A stretch of 64,000 bases of DNA from positions 1 to 64,000 of IMG/VR virus record IMGVR_UViG_3300025941_000001; one strand, 5' to 3'. The stretch comes from a virus. Each line of letters starts with the position of its first letter. The stretch's first letter is position 1. The notes under the pieces were generated by a model. The model was not told the origin of the DNA, did not search any database, and saw nothing but the letters and a program-made list of their open reading frames with translations. Of the stretch, positions 55,147-63,412 are shown piece after piece. Made by a program: the position numbers and the translations under genes.

Positions 55147-55620
55147 TCACTTGTTGTGATACCGGATATCGAACCCGTGTTGGTATGAGGTGGACACGCT
55201 CCGAGCTTTTGGATGCTTCGCGAAAGCCTCGGCTGCCGCCGCTTCGCGAGTGGCGTGCGGGCCGTACTCGCCGAGCTTGGAGCCGTTCTTCGACGAGACC
55301 CGAGCATATAGCGGGCGAACGCCGCTCGCTACCATGCTGTCGTGCGTCGGAGCCGGGTCCGATTTCGGGGTGCCGCTGTGAAGCTGATCCGCTGGCGCGT
55401 CCGACTTGCCGCCGCGCGCCCGATACGCGAGCACGGTCGAGGCGTCGTTGACTTGGTCCGCGTACTTGTTGATGCCGCGCTGATCGCCCATCTCTTGCGC
55501 GTTGCGACCGGCCTCGTGAGCATCCCGTTGGATGTAACGAAGCTCATCGTTCGTCTTCGCGTGATAGGCGTGACCCGGAATTGGTCGCGCGTTGGAGCCG
55601 TGTCCCAGTGCGTCCTTCAT
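55147..55620 (-). CDS. MKDALGHGSN-leader protein 3
   Basis: MKDALGHGSNAR; ELRYI.RDA.EA...KYADQV.DA..VL..R. Confidence 0.8.
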   Translation of the reverse strand: MKDALGHGSNARPIPGHAYHAKTNDELRYIQRDAHEAGRNAQEMGDQRGINKYADQVNDASTVLAYRARGGKSDAPADQLHSGTPKSDPAPTHDSMVASGVRPLYARVSSKNGSKLGEYGPHATREAAAAEAFAKHPKARSVSTSYQHGFDIRYHNK

Positions 55621-56027
55621 GACTTGAACTTTCCAAGACCGCCTGCGAAGTGTCCGCCATTGAACCGAGGCGCGGGCGACTTCTTGGTGCTCATGGTCAT
55701 CCCGGTGTTGGATGACGCTGCACGATACTTGCCCAGTTGCTTCGAGGTGTTGATTTTGGTGATCTCGCGCGTGGACTTGTTCTTGTAGCTCGTGTTCGGC
55801 TGCGATGCCTTCACGAACAGGTCGCGTCGAAATCCCGGATTGGTCGTTGCAAGGTGATTGGCCATGGCCTCGACGCGAGCGTCGTGCCCGGCCGGATCAT
55901 TGACAGCCTTGGAGCGGAGGTCGGCGGCGATCTGCTCGAAGTGACGCCGACCGAGCTTGGCCGGGAGCGCCTTGATCATCGCCGAATGAACTCCGGCGTC
56001 GGAGCCGTGGCCGAGTGCGTCTTTCAT
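55617..56027 (-). CDS. MKDALGHGSN-leader protein 2
   Basis: MKDALGHGSDAG; RRHFEQIA..L...NP.F.R..F..A. Confidence 0.8.
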   Translation of the reverse strand: MKDALGHGSDAGVHSAMIKALPAKLGRRHFEQIAADLRSKAVNDPAGHDARVEAMANHLATTNPGFRRDLFVKASQPNTSYKNKSTREITKINTSKQLGKYRAASSNTGMTMSTKKSPAPRFNGGHFAGGLGKFKS

Positions 56028-56030
56028 GGT

Positions 56031-56306
56031 TCACATTCCTTTGCGGCCGACTTCGCCATTGCGAATGCGCGTGACGAGGTTGCGATTGTACTCGCGTTCT
56101 GGAGATCGATCATTCCACGTCTGGAGCGGGGCCTTGATCATCGTTTTGCCCATCGCGCTCATGAGCGCTGCGCTTGCCGAGGCGTTCGACGACTGCGGGA
56201 TGCCGCCGCCCTTGAGCGAGGTCACGTGCGTCAATCGCGCCCTGAGCGCATCGAGCATTGCGCCGTCGCCGGAGCCGTTGCTCCCGTGGCCGAGTGCATC
56301 CTTCAT
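56031..56306 (-). CDS. MKDALGHGSN-leader protein 1
   Basis: MKDALGHGSNGS; GGAG RBS. Confidence 0.8.
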   Translation of the reverse strand: MKDALGHGSNGSGDGAMLDALRARLTHVTSLKGGGIPQSSNASASAALMSAMGKTMIKAPLQTWNDRSPEREYNRNLVTRIRNGEVGRKGM

Positions 56307-56318
56307 CGGAGGGCTCCG

Positions 56319-56558
56319 TCAGACGTTGTGGTAGGTGCTGTCGTGCTTGCCGAGAACGGCGTCGGCCTTGTGCCTGATCTTCGCGGCCTGCTCGGGGGAC
56401 AGCTTGCCTTTCGCGACCATCTGGGTCGCACGGGCCTTGGCGTTCGCGGCATGCGATGGGTCGTTGACCGGGTACTTCCCGGGCTGGCCCTTCTTGCCGG
56501 GCAGCGCGAATTTTCCCTTGGGCAGCGCGTTGCGTTTCTTGGCTGTGAGTTTGGCCAT
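56319..56558 (-). CDS. Small basic protein (DUF6582-like pattern), first gene of the late transcript
   Basis: LTAKKRNALP...FALP...KYPVND.SHA.NA.AR; GGAGG RBS. Confidence 0.75.
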   Translation of the reverse strand: MAKLTAKKRNALPKGKFALPGKKGQPGKYPVNDPSHAANAKARATQMVAKGKLSPEQAAKIRHKADAVLGKHDSTYHNV

Positions 56559-56590
56559 GGCGGCCTCCGGATGTCTCGATCTGGGGCGAG

Positions 56591-56626
56591 AGATTATCCC
56601 AGACGAGACCCCGGGGCAACTAGCAA
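56591..56626 (-). promoter_or_regulatory. CTAG-box late promoter driving the leader-protein array
   Basis: TTGCTAG-TTGCCC-N17-TAATCT. Confidence 0.65.
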
Positions 56627-56944
56627 TTACATCAGGTCCGCGAACTCGTCGGTCGCCGGGTTGGCGTCGGCTGTCTCTTGCGGGATGGAGCCGGTGCTCC
56701 GAGCCTCGGCCGCATCGGTGTCCCGCTTCGTCGGGGGCCGAGCTTTCACGCTGCCGGTCGTCATCGCGAGCATCAATGCCTTGACCGGGTCCACGTCTTC
56801 GGCGAACGAGACGCCGAACTTCGAGGACATCGCGTAGGAGCCGCGCCACTTCGTTCCGTTCTGCGATGGCGTCAGACTGATGTGGCTGATCTCGCCGCGC
56901 GCAGCGAGGTTGCGGATTGCATCTTCAAGCGTGAGGGTCGTCAT
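56627..56944 (-). CDS. Hypothetical protein
   Basis: GGAG RBS; MTTLTLEDAIR. Confidence 0.65.
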   Translation of the reverse strand: MTTLTLEDAIRNLAARGEISHISLTPSQNGTKWRGSYAMSSKFGVSFAEDVDPVKALMLAMTTGSVKARPPTKRDTDAAEARSTGSIPQETADANPATDEFADLM

Positions 56945-57092
56945 CGGGCGCGTCTCCAGTGATGGGCCGGTAGGGCTTCGGCTCAGGGGTTGCAGGTTTG
57001 GGCTTGGCACGGAAGTCCTCCCACGCCTTCCGACGTTCCTCTTGCGAGATGATCAGGAACGTCGGGATGCCGTCATTTGTTGCGTTCGGCAT
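56925..57092 (-). CDS. Small hypothetical protein (not in ORF track), MPNATNDGIPTFLIISQEERRKAW...
   Basis: Fills the 56944-57073 gap. Confidence 0.5.
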   Translation of the reverse strand: MPNATNDGIPTFLIISQEERRKAWEDFRAKPKPATPEPKPYRPITGDAPDDDPHA

Positions 57093-57345
57093 ACTCGCGT
57101 GCCTTCTGTTGTCGCTCGCGACGGAGATCGGAAAACTTCGCGAGCAAATCGCTTAACAGGTCGAGCGCCTCGTCTTCTGAGAAGTGCGCGACGTAGTCAG
57201 CGATGGTGACCGTGATCTCAGTCCCTATCGCCTTGACGAAGCCGCCTTGCGGCGGAGCCCAGACGATGTGAGTGCCGACCGAAGGTTGACCCTCGGCGAT
57301 GACACGCTTGACCGTTCGAATAGACCGTTTGCGGATTTCAGCCAT
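57073..57345 (-). CDS. Hypothetical protein
   Basis: GGAG RBS. Confidence 0.65.
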   Translation of the reverse strand: MAEIRKRSIRTVKRVIAEGQPSVGTHIVWAPPQGGFVKAIGTEITVTIADYVAHFSEDEALDLLSDLLAKFSDLRRERQQKAREYAERNK

Positions 57346-57649
57346 TGCCGTCTGTCTCCGGGTTGTAGTTTTGCCAGCCCGCGTCATACGCGCATTTGAC
57401 GTACTCGTCAAACACTTCGTCGGCCTCGGGCTTGAACTTGCACAGTCGGTGAAACTCCGGCCATGTCTTCGGCGTGTCGCCGGGCGAGCACTCTTCGACG
57501 CCCGGAACGAACATGCAAACCTTGACCGCTCGGTCGCTCAGCCATTGGATGCGAACGTCGCCAAGCTCCATCGCCTTCCCGTGCCCACGCTTGAGCATCA
57601 GTATGCGAACGGCGTCGCCCGGGTACTGTGGCTCGGTCCACAAACTCAT
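57338..57649 (-). CDS. Hypothetical protein
   Basis: GAGG RBS. Confidence 0.65.
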   Translation of the reverse strand: MSLWTEPQYPGDAVRILMLKRGHGKAMELGDVRIQWLSDRAVKVCMFVPGVEECSPGDTPKTWPEFHRLCKFKPEADEVFDEYVKCAYDAGWQNYNPETDGNG

Positions 57650-57933
57650 TTGTTCGCCTCGGTGTTGATCCACTCTCGCGCTATTTCGAGGGTGTCAGCT
57701 TTCAATTCAGCATCGCCTCCACCATGAACGAAAAACGGTCCAGTGTAAACTCCGTCTACGGTTCGCCCGTTCTCGAAGGTCGAGATCGTGAAGCCGCGAT
57801 AGAGAAGCTGATCGTAGTCGCCCGGGTATTGATGCGTTGCGGTGTATAGGATCATGTCGGCGGGTTTTTGGACCCGCCAACCATTGACGCTGACTAGGTC
57901 CGTGTCGATCTTCACGCGGCCATCTGCACTCAT
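57646..57933 (-). CDS. Hypothetical protein
   Basis: ATGA coupling. Confidence 0.6.
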   Translation of the reverse strand: MSADGRVKIDTDLVSVNGWRVQKPADMILYTATHQYPGDYDQLLYRGFTISTFENGRTVDGVYTGPFFVHGGGDAELKADTLEIAREWINTEANK

Positions 57934-58199
57934 CGCCGACATCCCATGGCAGGATGCACGATGCGGCCTTCGTCGGTCCACATGACGACCGGCGAGCAGA
58001 CGCGCTGCTCGTGGCGGGCTTTGCCGATCTCCGATTGCGTCGCCGGAGGTCCGACGATAATCATCCCGGAGTTGGTGCCGAGGTTCCAGCCGTAGTAGTG
58101 GTGATTGACGCTAAAGCCGGAACGGTTCCAGTCGTCGTATGCCTTCGCGGGGGACACGACGCTGACCGCGACGAGCGCGGCCAATATCAACTTCTTCAT
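57930..58199 (-). CDS. Secreted hypothetical protein
   Basis: Signal peptide MKKLILAALVAVSVVSPAKA. Confidence 0.7.
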   Translation of the reverse strand: MKKLILAALVAVSVVSPAKAYDDWNRSGFSVNHHYYGWNLGTNSGMIIVGPPATQSEIGKARHEQRVCSPVVMWTDEGRIVHPAMGCRR

Positions 58200-58471
58200 T
58201 TGAGGTCCTTTCGTTGCCAGACTTTGAATTTGTAGTGTCCCTTCGTGCTGGCGAGAAGGTACTTGCAAACTTCGTTGCCGACAGAGTACGGGACGCCGCC
58301 GGTGTAACTGAAATCTCCCGTCACGCCGTAGGGGCGATGCGTGATGACTTCGGTGTCGGTGATCTGGGTCACGACGGCGGTGCCGAACGGACCATCGAAA
58401 ACTTCGATGACATCCGCGAGCCGAAGCTCAGTGAGATCGACCGTGATCGGAAACTTGATCTTGTCAGCCAT
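58196..58471 (-). CDS. Hypothetical protein
   Basis: GGAG RBS. Confidence 0.65.
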   Translation of the reverse strand: MADKIKFPITVDLTELRLADVIEVFDGPFGTAVVTQITDTEVITHRPYGVTGDFSYTGGVPYSVGNEVCKYLLASTKGHYKFKVWQRKDLK

Positions 58472-58679
58472 GTTCAACTCCCATCATGCGCGCGGCGAAT
58501 TGCTTGCCCTCATCGACCCATTGCGCGAGCGAAAGGTCGTTGAGCCTCGCCACCATGACTGACAGCGTATCATAACGCTTGCCGTCATCGAAGACGAAGT
58601 AGAGATAGCCCTTGCCCTTGACAAGCTCCAAAGGGAGCTTGCTGGCGGAGAACACGTTGTTGACGGTTCGCAGTTGCAC
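58464..58679 (-). CDS. Hypothetical protein
   Basis: GAGG RBS, GTG start; LVKGKGYLYFVFDDG. Confidence 0.65.
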   Translation of the reverse strand: MQLRTVNNVFSASKLPLELVKGKGYLYFVFDDGKRYDTLSVMVARLNDLSLAQWVDEGKQFAARMMGVEHG

Positions 58680-58680
58680 G

Positions 58681-59037
58681 TCACGCCTCGGCTTTCGCTT
58701 TGCCGCAGTATTTCTGAGAAGCGACCGCCTCGGCGACGCTCCAGCTAAACGCATCCGGCGCGACGAGCTTGCGCCATTCGAAGTTGTCCGGCCCGAACCA
58801 AATCTTGACGGCGACCGGATGGTCGAAGTCGGCAGCGGTGACCCGCTTCTCGCCGACGACCTTCGAGAGCGAACCGTAAGAGCAGAAGCCGACTTCGGTG
58901 GTCGTGCCCTGCACATACTTGCGGTTCTTGTTGAGAACCATGCCGCCGGTTCCGAGCCATGTTTTGCCGTTGCCCTCGTAGTCGGTCATTTCCTTGCGGG
59001 TTTCAAGGTTGAAAAAGTAAACGCGAAATTGTGACAT
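58681..59037 (-). CDS. Hypothetical protein, first gene of leftward early unit
   Basis: GAGG RBS downstream of promoter. Confidence 0.7.
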   Translation of the reverse strand: MSQFRVYFFNLETRKEMTDYEGNGKTWLGTGGMVLNKNRKYVQGTTTEVGFCSYGSLSKVVGEKRVTAADFDHPVAVKIWFGPDNFEWRKLVAPDAFSWSVAEAVASQKYCGKAKAEA

Positions 59038-59066
59038 CTGTCTGGCCTCTCGTTGCTGATGACCCG

Positions 59067-59211
59067 GATGTAGCGCATCCCGGATGAGCCCGCAAGCCGA
59101 ACCGTGTGACGTGGTTAACACTTCGATAACGCCCGGCTGGCCGGGGTTTTAACCGTGCGTAAACCATAGGCCGAGGTGTCGCTTGCGGGTCCATCCGGGA
59201 TGCGCTACGTC
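59067..59211. promoter_or_regulatory. Divergent promoter pair forming an inverted repeat around two CtrA-like boxes
   Basis: (-) TTGCGG-gctcatccgggatgcgc-TACATC and (+) TTGCGG-gtccatccgggatgcgc-TACGTC; TTAT-N7-TTAACCAC (-) and TTAA-N7-TAAACCAT (+). Confidence 0.75.
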
Positions 59212-59246
59212 ATGGTCATGCCCAATCCCGGGCTGGAGCGCAAGCG

Positions 59247-59513
59247 ATGCCGAAATTCTCTGCCACTTCTATCGCCGACCTCTTCACCGCTGAGCGCGAC
59301 GCGGGTCGCGTCGCTCGCCGGGTCGAGTACATCGTCGCCTGCGAAGCGAGCGATGGCTCTTGGTGCGAGTTCGATGGCGACGACTACTTCCATGCGAAGC
59401 GTCTCGCCGACAACGCGGTCGATGTTCTCGGCGCGCGTGGCTGCTCGGTCTGGCGCGTGCGCCTGATGGACGGCGAAGTCGTGAAGCCGAAATGCTATGA
59501 GGTGTTCGCGTGA
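59247..59513 (+). CDS. Hypothetical protein
   Basis: GGAG RBS after rightward promoter. Confidence 0.7.
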   Translation: MPKFSATSIADLFTAERDAGRVARRVEYIVACEASDGSWCEFDGDDYFHAKRLADNAVDVLGARGCSVWRVRLMDGEVVKPKCYEVFA

Positions 59514-59683
59514 CACAAGCTGTTCCTTTCTGTGCCGACCGTTGGCTCGCCTTCTACGTCGGCCGTGATGGCAAGATGCGCGTCGCTCGCGACGCGCGTG
59601 GCCTGCCAATCGAATGTGAAACCGAGCAACTCGCGCTCTCGGTCGCACGATATCGCCGCAAGCGCATGAGGATTTGGAAATGA
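59510..59683 (+). CDS. Small hypothetical protein (not in ORF track)
   Basis: GAGGTG RBS, GTGA and ATGA couplings. Confidence 0.55.
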   Translation: MTQAVPFCADRWLAFYVGRDGKMRVARDARGLPIECETEQLALSVARYRRKRMRIWK

Positions 59684-60018
59684 CCACGTATCCGGCCCTC
59701 TGTCGGCGCAAGCCAAAGGCCCATTGGGAGGTCGTCGCCGGGCTGGAGTGGACGCGCAAGCGCGACGGCTTCGACAACTCAGGGCGGCCGATGTATGACT
59801 ACGAGGCCCACCACGGAAGCGTGCACTTCCACATCACGCGCGCCACGGACGCGGGCTTCGGTATCAGCGTGCACGATAGCGACGCGAAGCAATATCTGAC
59901 CCATCACTTCGGCTTCGAGTGGCGACGCACGCTCAAAGCCTGCCATGCTCGCGCCGTCGAGATCATGGACGCAATTCGAAGGAAAGAACATGACGCACGT
60001 GGAAAAGCTGGTAGCTGA
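59680..60018 (+). CDS. Hypothetical protein
   Basis: GAGGA RBS. Confidence 0.65.
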   Translation: MTTYPALCRRKPKAHWEVVAGLEWTRKRDGFDNSGRPMYDYEAHHGSVHFHITRATDAGFGISVHDSDAKQYLTHHFGFEWRRTLKACHARAVEIMDAIRRKEHDARGKAGS

Positions 60019-60307
60019 CGGCGTCGTCGAGGTTCGCGACGGCAGGGTCTATCTGACCCGACAAGCGTGGAACGATGCAGTGAAGGGCACGCCCTACGAA
60101 GAGCGCGGTCTGTATCACTTCGTCGGCTTCAAGGATGATCGATACCTGACGGCGGTGAAGACATTCGGCAAGCCGGATTTCGTTCACCGCTTTTGGGACC
60201 GAAGAGCCCGGGACGAGGTCGCCCCGGGAGACGTGGTCTTCTTCGCCGAGGGAGACGAGACCCAGCCCGTGCGCGAGTTCGCGTTCGACGACAGCGCCAA
60301 CTTTTGA
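59990..60307 (+). CDS. Hypothetical protein
   Basis: AAGGA RBS; HFVGF..D.Y..AV..FG.PDF.HR.WD.RA. Confidence 0.7.
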   Translation: MTHVEKLVADGVVEVRDGRVYLTRQAWNDAVKGTPYEERGLYHFVGFKDDRYLTAVKTFGKPDFVHRFWDRRARDEVAPGDVVFFAEGDETQPVREFAFDDSANF

Positions 60308-60315
60308 GGACCGTC

Positions 60316-60498
60316 ATGGAAAACGAGATGTTCACGTTCGTCGTGCTCACGACCGAAAGTCATCGGGTCGAGCATCGTTATCACTCACGCGAACAGGCCG
60401 ACCGGCTCTTCGACCGGCTGACCCTTGAGCCCGGCGCAATCTCCGTCGCGTTCTACTGCGCGTCGGTCGGGGGTTGCGTCAATGCTTGGCACGCTTGA
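60316..60498 (+). CDS. Hypothetical protein
   Basis: GAGGA RBS. Confidence 0.6.
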   Translation: MENEMFTFVVLTTESHRVEHRYHSREQADRLFDRLTLEPGAISVAFYCASVGGCVNAWHA

Positions 60499-60521
60499 AG
60501 ACGAGATCACGCTGGAGCTTG

Positions 60522-60914
60522 CTAGGCTCCGGCGTGCGGCCCTCGCGCGAGCGCGCGAGCGCGCAGCTTCCCAGCAACTGGGCGAGGCATGGATTGGGCT
60601 CGAAGCGCCTTCCGCGCCGCCTCCAGAGACCGCCGGTAGTCGGCGAGCATCTGATCGAACATCATGTTCGACGGAGCGGCCCTAGCTGCGCCCGGGGTCC
60701 GCTCCAGAAGCGAGATCGCCGCAGCTAGACTAGCTGTCACCGCGACGAACGGGTCCCGTGTCTTTTCGCGGGTCTTATTTTCGGAATTTACGAAATGTGT
60801 CATCTCGGTCCGGAACCGGCGGAGACGCCGGGCTTGACCGAGCAAGCCCGAGACTGTGATGTCTCGGGCTATCTCGTCCATCGAGCGCAGGATTTGCTCG
60901 GGGGTCCGTCTCAC
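60522..60914 (-). CDS. Hypothetical protein
   Basis: GTGA coupling. Confidence 0.5.
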   Translation of the reverse strand: MRRTPEQILRSMDEIARDITVSGLLGQARRLRRFRTEMTHFVNSENKTREKTRDPFVAVTASLAAAISLLERTPGAARAAPSNMMFDQMLADYRRSLEAARKALRAQSMPRPVAGKLRARALARGPHAGA

Positions 60915-61309
60915 GCCGACTGTTCCCCGGTTACCACCTTCTTGAGCCGTTTGCCGACGCTGGCGAGCCCGCCCAGAAGCCCGACAGGGGCCGGGGCCGG
61001 GACAGCGCCCCGCTTGACCGAGCGATACGGGTAGGGCTTGCTGCGCGGCACGCCGGTATACTGGCGGCCGACGAAGATCGGGGTCGGCCTCCGGTCGCCG
61101 ACCGGCTTCGCCGGAACCTGCGGCAGCGTCTCGGTGAGCCGCACGGTGTTGAGCCGCTTGCCGCTCTCATCCGTGATGCGCTTGACGAGGGTCCGGCCTC
61201 GGACGCCCTTGGTCGTGATCATGTCGCCCTTATCCGCGACGAACGCCTTGGCGTTGCGGTACGGCCTGAGCGGCGACTTGTTGATTTTCTTCCGACGTGT
61301 CTTGGCCAT
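60911..61309 (-). CDS. Basic hypothetical protein
   Basis: GGAGG RBS. Confidence 0.7.
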   Translation of the reverse strand: MAKTRRKKINKSPLRPYRNAKAFVADKGDMITTKGVRGRTLVKRITDESGKRLNTVRLTETLPQVPAKPVGDRRPTPIFVGRQYTGVPRSKPYPYRSVKRGAVPAPAPVGLLGGLASVGKRLKKVVTGEQSA

Positions 61310-61336
61310 TGGCCGACCCTCCGTTGCTGATGAAGC

Positions 61337-61567
61337 TTACTGTTGAATGCCGCCCGACCCGTGATCCGGCGTCTCCGGCGGCAGCGTGAGCGTGAAGTCC
61401 ACTGCGGGCTTCGCGATCTCGTCGGCGTAGTCCTTCAACCATGGGCCGACTGCGTTCTGGAGCGCCATGAAATGCTTCGCTTGCGCCGCCGGTTCATTCG
61501 GCGAAAAGCTCGCGAGGATCATCAGGTGAAGTCCGCGCAGGATCAGTTGTTCGGCTGACGTGGCCAT
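61337..61567 (-). CDS. Hypothetical protein
   Basis: AGGA RBS. Confidence 0.65.
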   Translation of the reverse strand: MATSAEQLILRGLHLMILASFSPNEPAAQAKHFMALQNAVGPWLKDYADEIAKPAVDFTLTLPPETPDHGSGGIQQ

Positions 61568-61696
61568 GTGGGTTCTTCCTTCGTTGGACGGTGCAATAGA
61601 TTGAGCCGGGCTCGACGCGAGCGTAGGTGATCTCTACTAGACCCGCATCGACGATGAGGTCAAGAAGTTTTTCACGGTCGCTCGCGTCGAGGCATT

Positions 61697-61984
61697 TCAT
61701 AGGTCGTCGTACTTTCCCTGTTCGATCTCTGTGACGCGCCCGGAGCCGATGTTGTGTCGGCGTCCCATCTTCGCGCGGCTCAGCCCTGCGTATCGCGGGT
61801 CGGCGAGATCGCGTAGAACCGCGTCTCGAATTTCCTTGTTGACCCGATTGCACTCGACACGGGCATGACGAATAGACTTGTCTCGCTTCATCAGCACGAG
61901 TGCTTCCGCTAGATCATCTAGCGGCCGGAGACCGGTGAGAACTTCGTCAACGATCTCCCGCGCTTTGGGGACATCACTGGGCAT
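61697..61984 (-). CDS. Putative HTH DNA-binding protein
   Basis: LSRAKMGRRHNIGSGRVTEI. Confidence 0.65.
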   Translation of the reverse strand: MPSDVPKAREIVDEVLTGLRPLDDLAEALVLMKRDKSIRHARVECNRVNKEIRDAVLRDLADPRYAGLSRAKMGRRHNIGSGRVTEIEQGKYDDL

Positions 61985-62811
61985 CAGTCGCCTCCGCCTC
62001 CGCCGCCGCCGCCGCCGCTGTCGCCTCCGCCGGAGGACGATGAGCCGCTGTCGTAGCTCGATGAGCTATAGGACGACGAGCTATCGCTCACGCTCGGTGC
62101 GCTCGGGGCCGTGTAACTCGGTGCAGGCTCCGGCATCGGTTCACTGCGCGCGGCATAGCCGCCGACCGTGTCGCCGGGCTGATACTTCGGGTCCTGATCC
62201 GACGAACCCTTAAAGCTCGCCGGATCACTGAGCGGATCAGCACTCGCGCTGGCCACGATACCGACAGCAACAGCCGTGGCGACCGGGTCGTTCGTCCACG
62301 AGCCCGAGGCTCCAGCGCCCGCATACTCGCCGCCCTGTCCGTTGTAGGGCTTCTCGGGGTCGATGGCGATGCCGCTGGAGACGTGACAGTACGACGACTG
62401 ATGGTCAGCAAAAAGGACCTCGTAAAGGATCAGGTACGTGATCCAATCCGTGCCATTGTCCGGCTGCTTGCGGGGTTGGTCCCACGCATGAGCAACTGCG
62501 TTCTGGATACCCGCGATGTTGAGCGCGGGCTTACCGAGCCATCGGCGTTCGATGTTGACGCGCTCCAGTTGACGCGGCGTCAGATAGATGGTCGATGGCA
62601 CATACGGCGCGGCAAGCGTCGGGCTCTTGCGCATCGGACGCATCCTGCGACGATGACCAAACGTTCCGGGGCTCCGCTCTTCGCGCTTGATCTGGGCGAA
62701 GGTGGTGACGTGTCCGTCAACCTTCGGCTTGGCGAGCGGCGACCGAGGGCGCGTCAAGACCATGATCACGATGGCGACAGCGAAAACTAAGAACACGAGA
62801 AGTAACTCCAT
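61984..62811 (-). CDS. Membrane-anchored protein with Gly/Ser-rich C-terminal tail
   Basis: N-terminal TM; GQGGEYAGAGASGSW; SSSYSSSSYDSGSSSSGGGDSGGGGGGGGGD. Confidence 0.75.
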   Translation of the reverse strand: MELLLVFLVFAVAIVIMVLTRPRSPLAKPKVDGHVTTFAQIKREERSPGTFGHRRRMRPMRKSPTLAAPYVPSTIYLTPRQLERVNIERRWLGKPALNIAGIQNAVAHAWDQPRKQPDNGTDWITYLILYEVLFADHQSSYCHVSSGIAIDPEKPYNGQGGEYAGAGASGSWTNDPVATAVAVGIVASASADPLSDPASFKGSSDQDPKYQPGDTVGGYAARSEPMPEPAPSYTAPSAPSVSDSSSSYSSSSYDSGSSSSGGGDSGGGGGGGGGD

Positions 62812-62813
62812 AG

Positions 62814-63020
62814 CTAGGTCCCTTCGATGATCTTCCATTGATAGGATGCGCGCTGAGCGTCGTGAAACGCAACCCGATGTGCGCGCTCGCCCTTCGGGTT
62901 GAAGTAGTAGAGCAGTTTGTCTTCCTTCACATACCGCATTGTCCAGCCGACCGTCATCGTCGCGTCGTCACGGACGGCGACGCCACTCTCGGCCGCTTTG
63001 ATCGCCGCGTTCAAGTCCAT
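62814..63020 (-). CDS. Hypothetical protein
   Basis: Packed ORF. Confidence 0.65.
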   Translation of the reverse strand: MDLNAAIKAAESGVAVRDDATMTVGWTMRYVKEDKLLYYFNPKGERAHRVAFHDAQRASYQWKIIEGT

Positions 63021-63166
63021 GAGTGCACAAGGCTCCAGACAAGCAAGATCGTCGGGCCGACGATGGTCACGGCGTAGGTTCGTAGCTGCATTTCGGTCAT
63101 CGGATCATCCAGTATGAGACCGCACCGCCGACGATGACGAGCGCGAAGATGATCGCGATAGCTGTT

Positions 63167-63412
63167 TCAAATGGCATCGTCAAGTCCTTTCGCGCGAGCG
63201 TCCCATCCGGCCGCGAAGCCATCCTTGATCGCTGCGACCACGACCGAGTTGTATCGGTTGGCGTAGTGAGCCTCGACGATGAACCGGCTACAGGCCTCGT
63301 CCCGAGCGCTACGCACGGGGACGGGAGTGCGGCCGGGCTGTTCGGGGAGCGGCGGCACGGGCATGCGCCACGGTTCGTTTCTGGGGGCTGGCGGGCCTAC
63401 TCGGTCTGACAT
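63167..63412 (-). CDS. Hypothetical protein
   Basis: F.AGWDA motif. Confidence 0.5.
   Translation of the reverse strand: MSDRVGPPAPRNEPWRMPVPPLPEQPGRTPVPVRSARDEACSRFIVEAHYANRYNSVVVAAIKDGFAAGWDARAKGLDDAI

Noticed and set aside
53050-56306. ~30-bp DNA repeats read as a CRISPR array or attC-like cassette sites
   Set aside because: Repeats vary at synonymous positions (including TCC/AGC), always start at an ATG, are 230-720 bp apart and are non-palindromic; no cas or integrase gene is present
61988-62085. (CCG)n low-complexity tract as a regulatory repeat
   Set aside because: It encodes the Gly/Ser tail of 61984-62811
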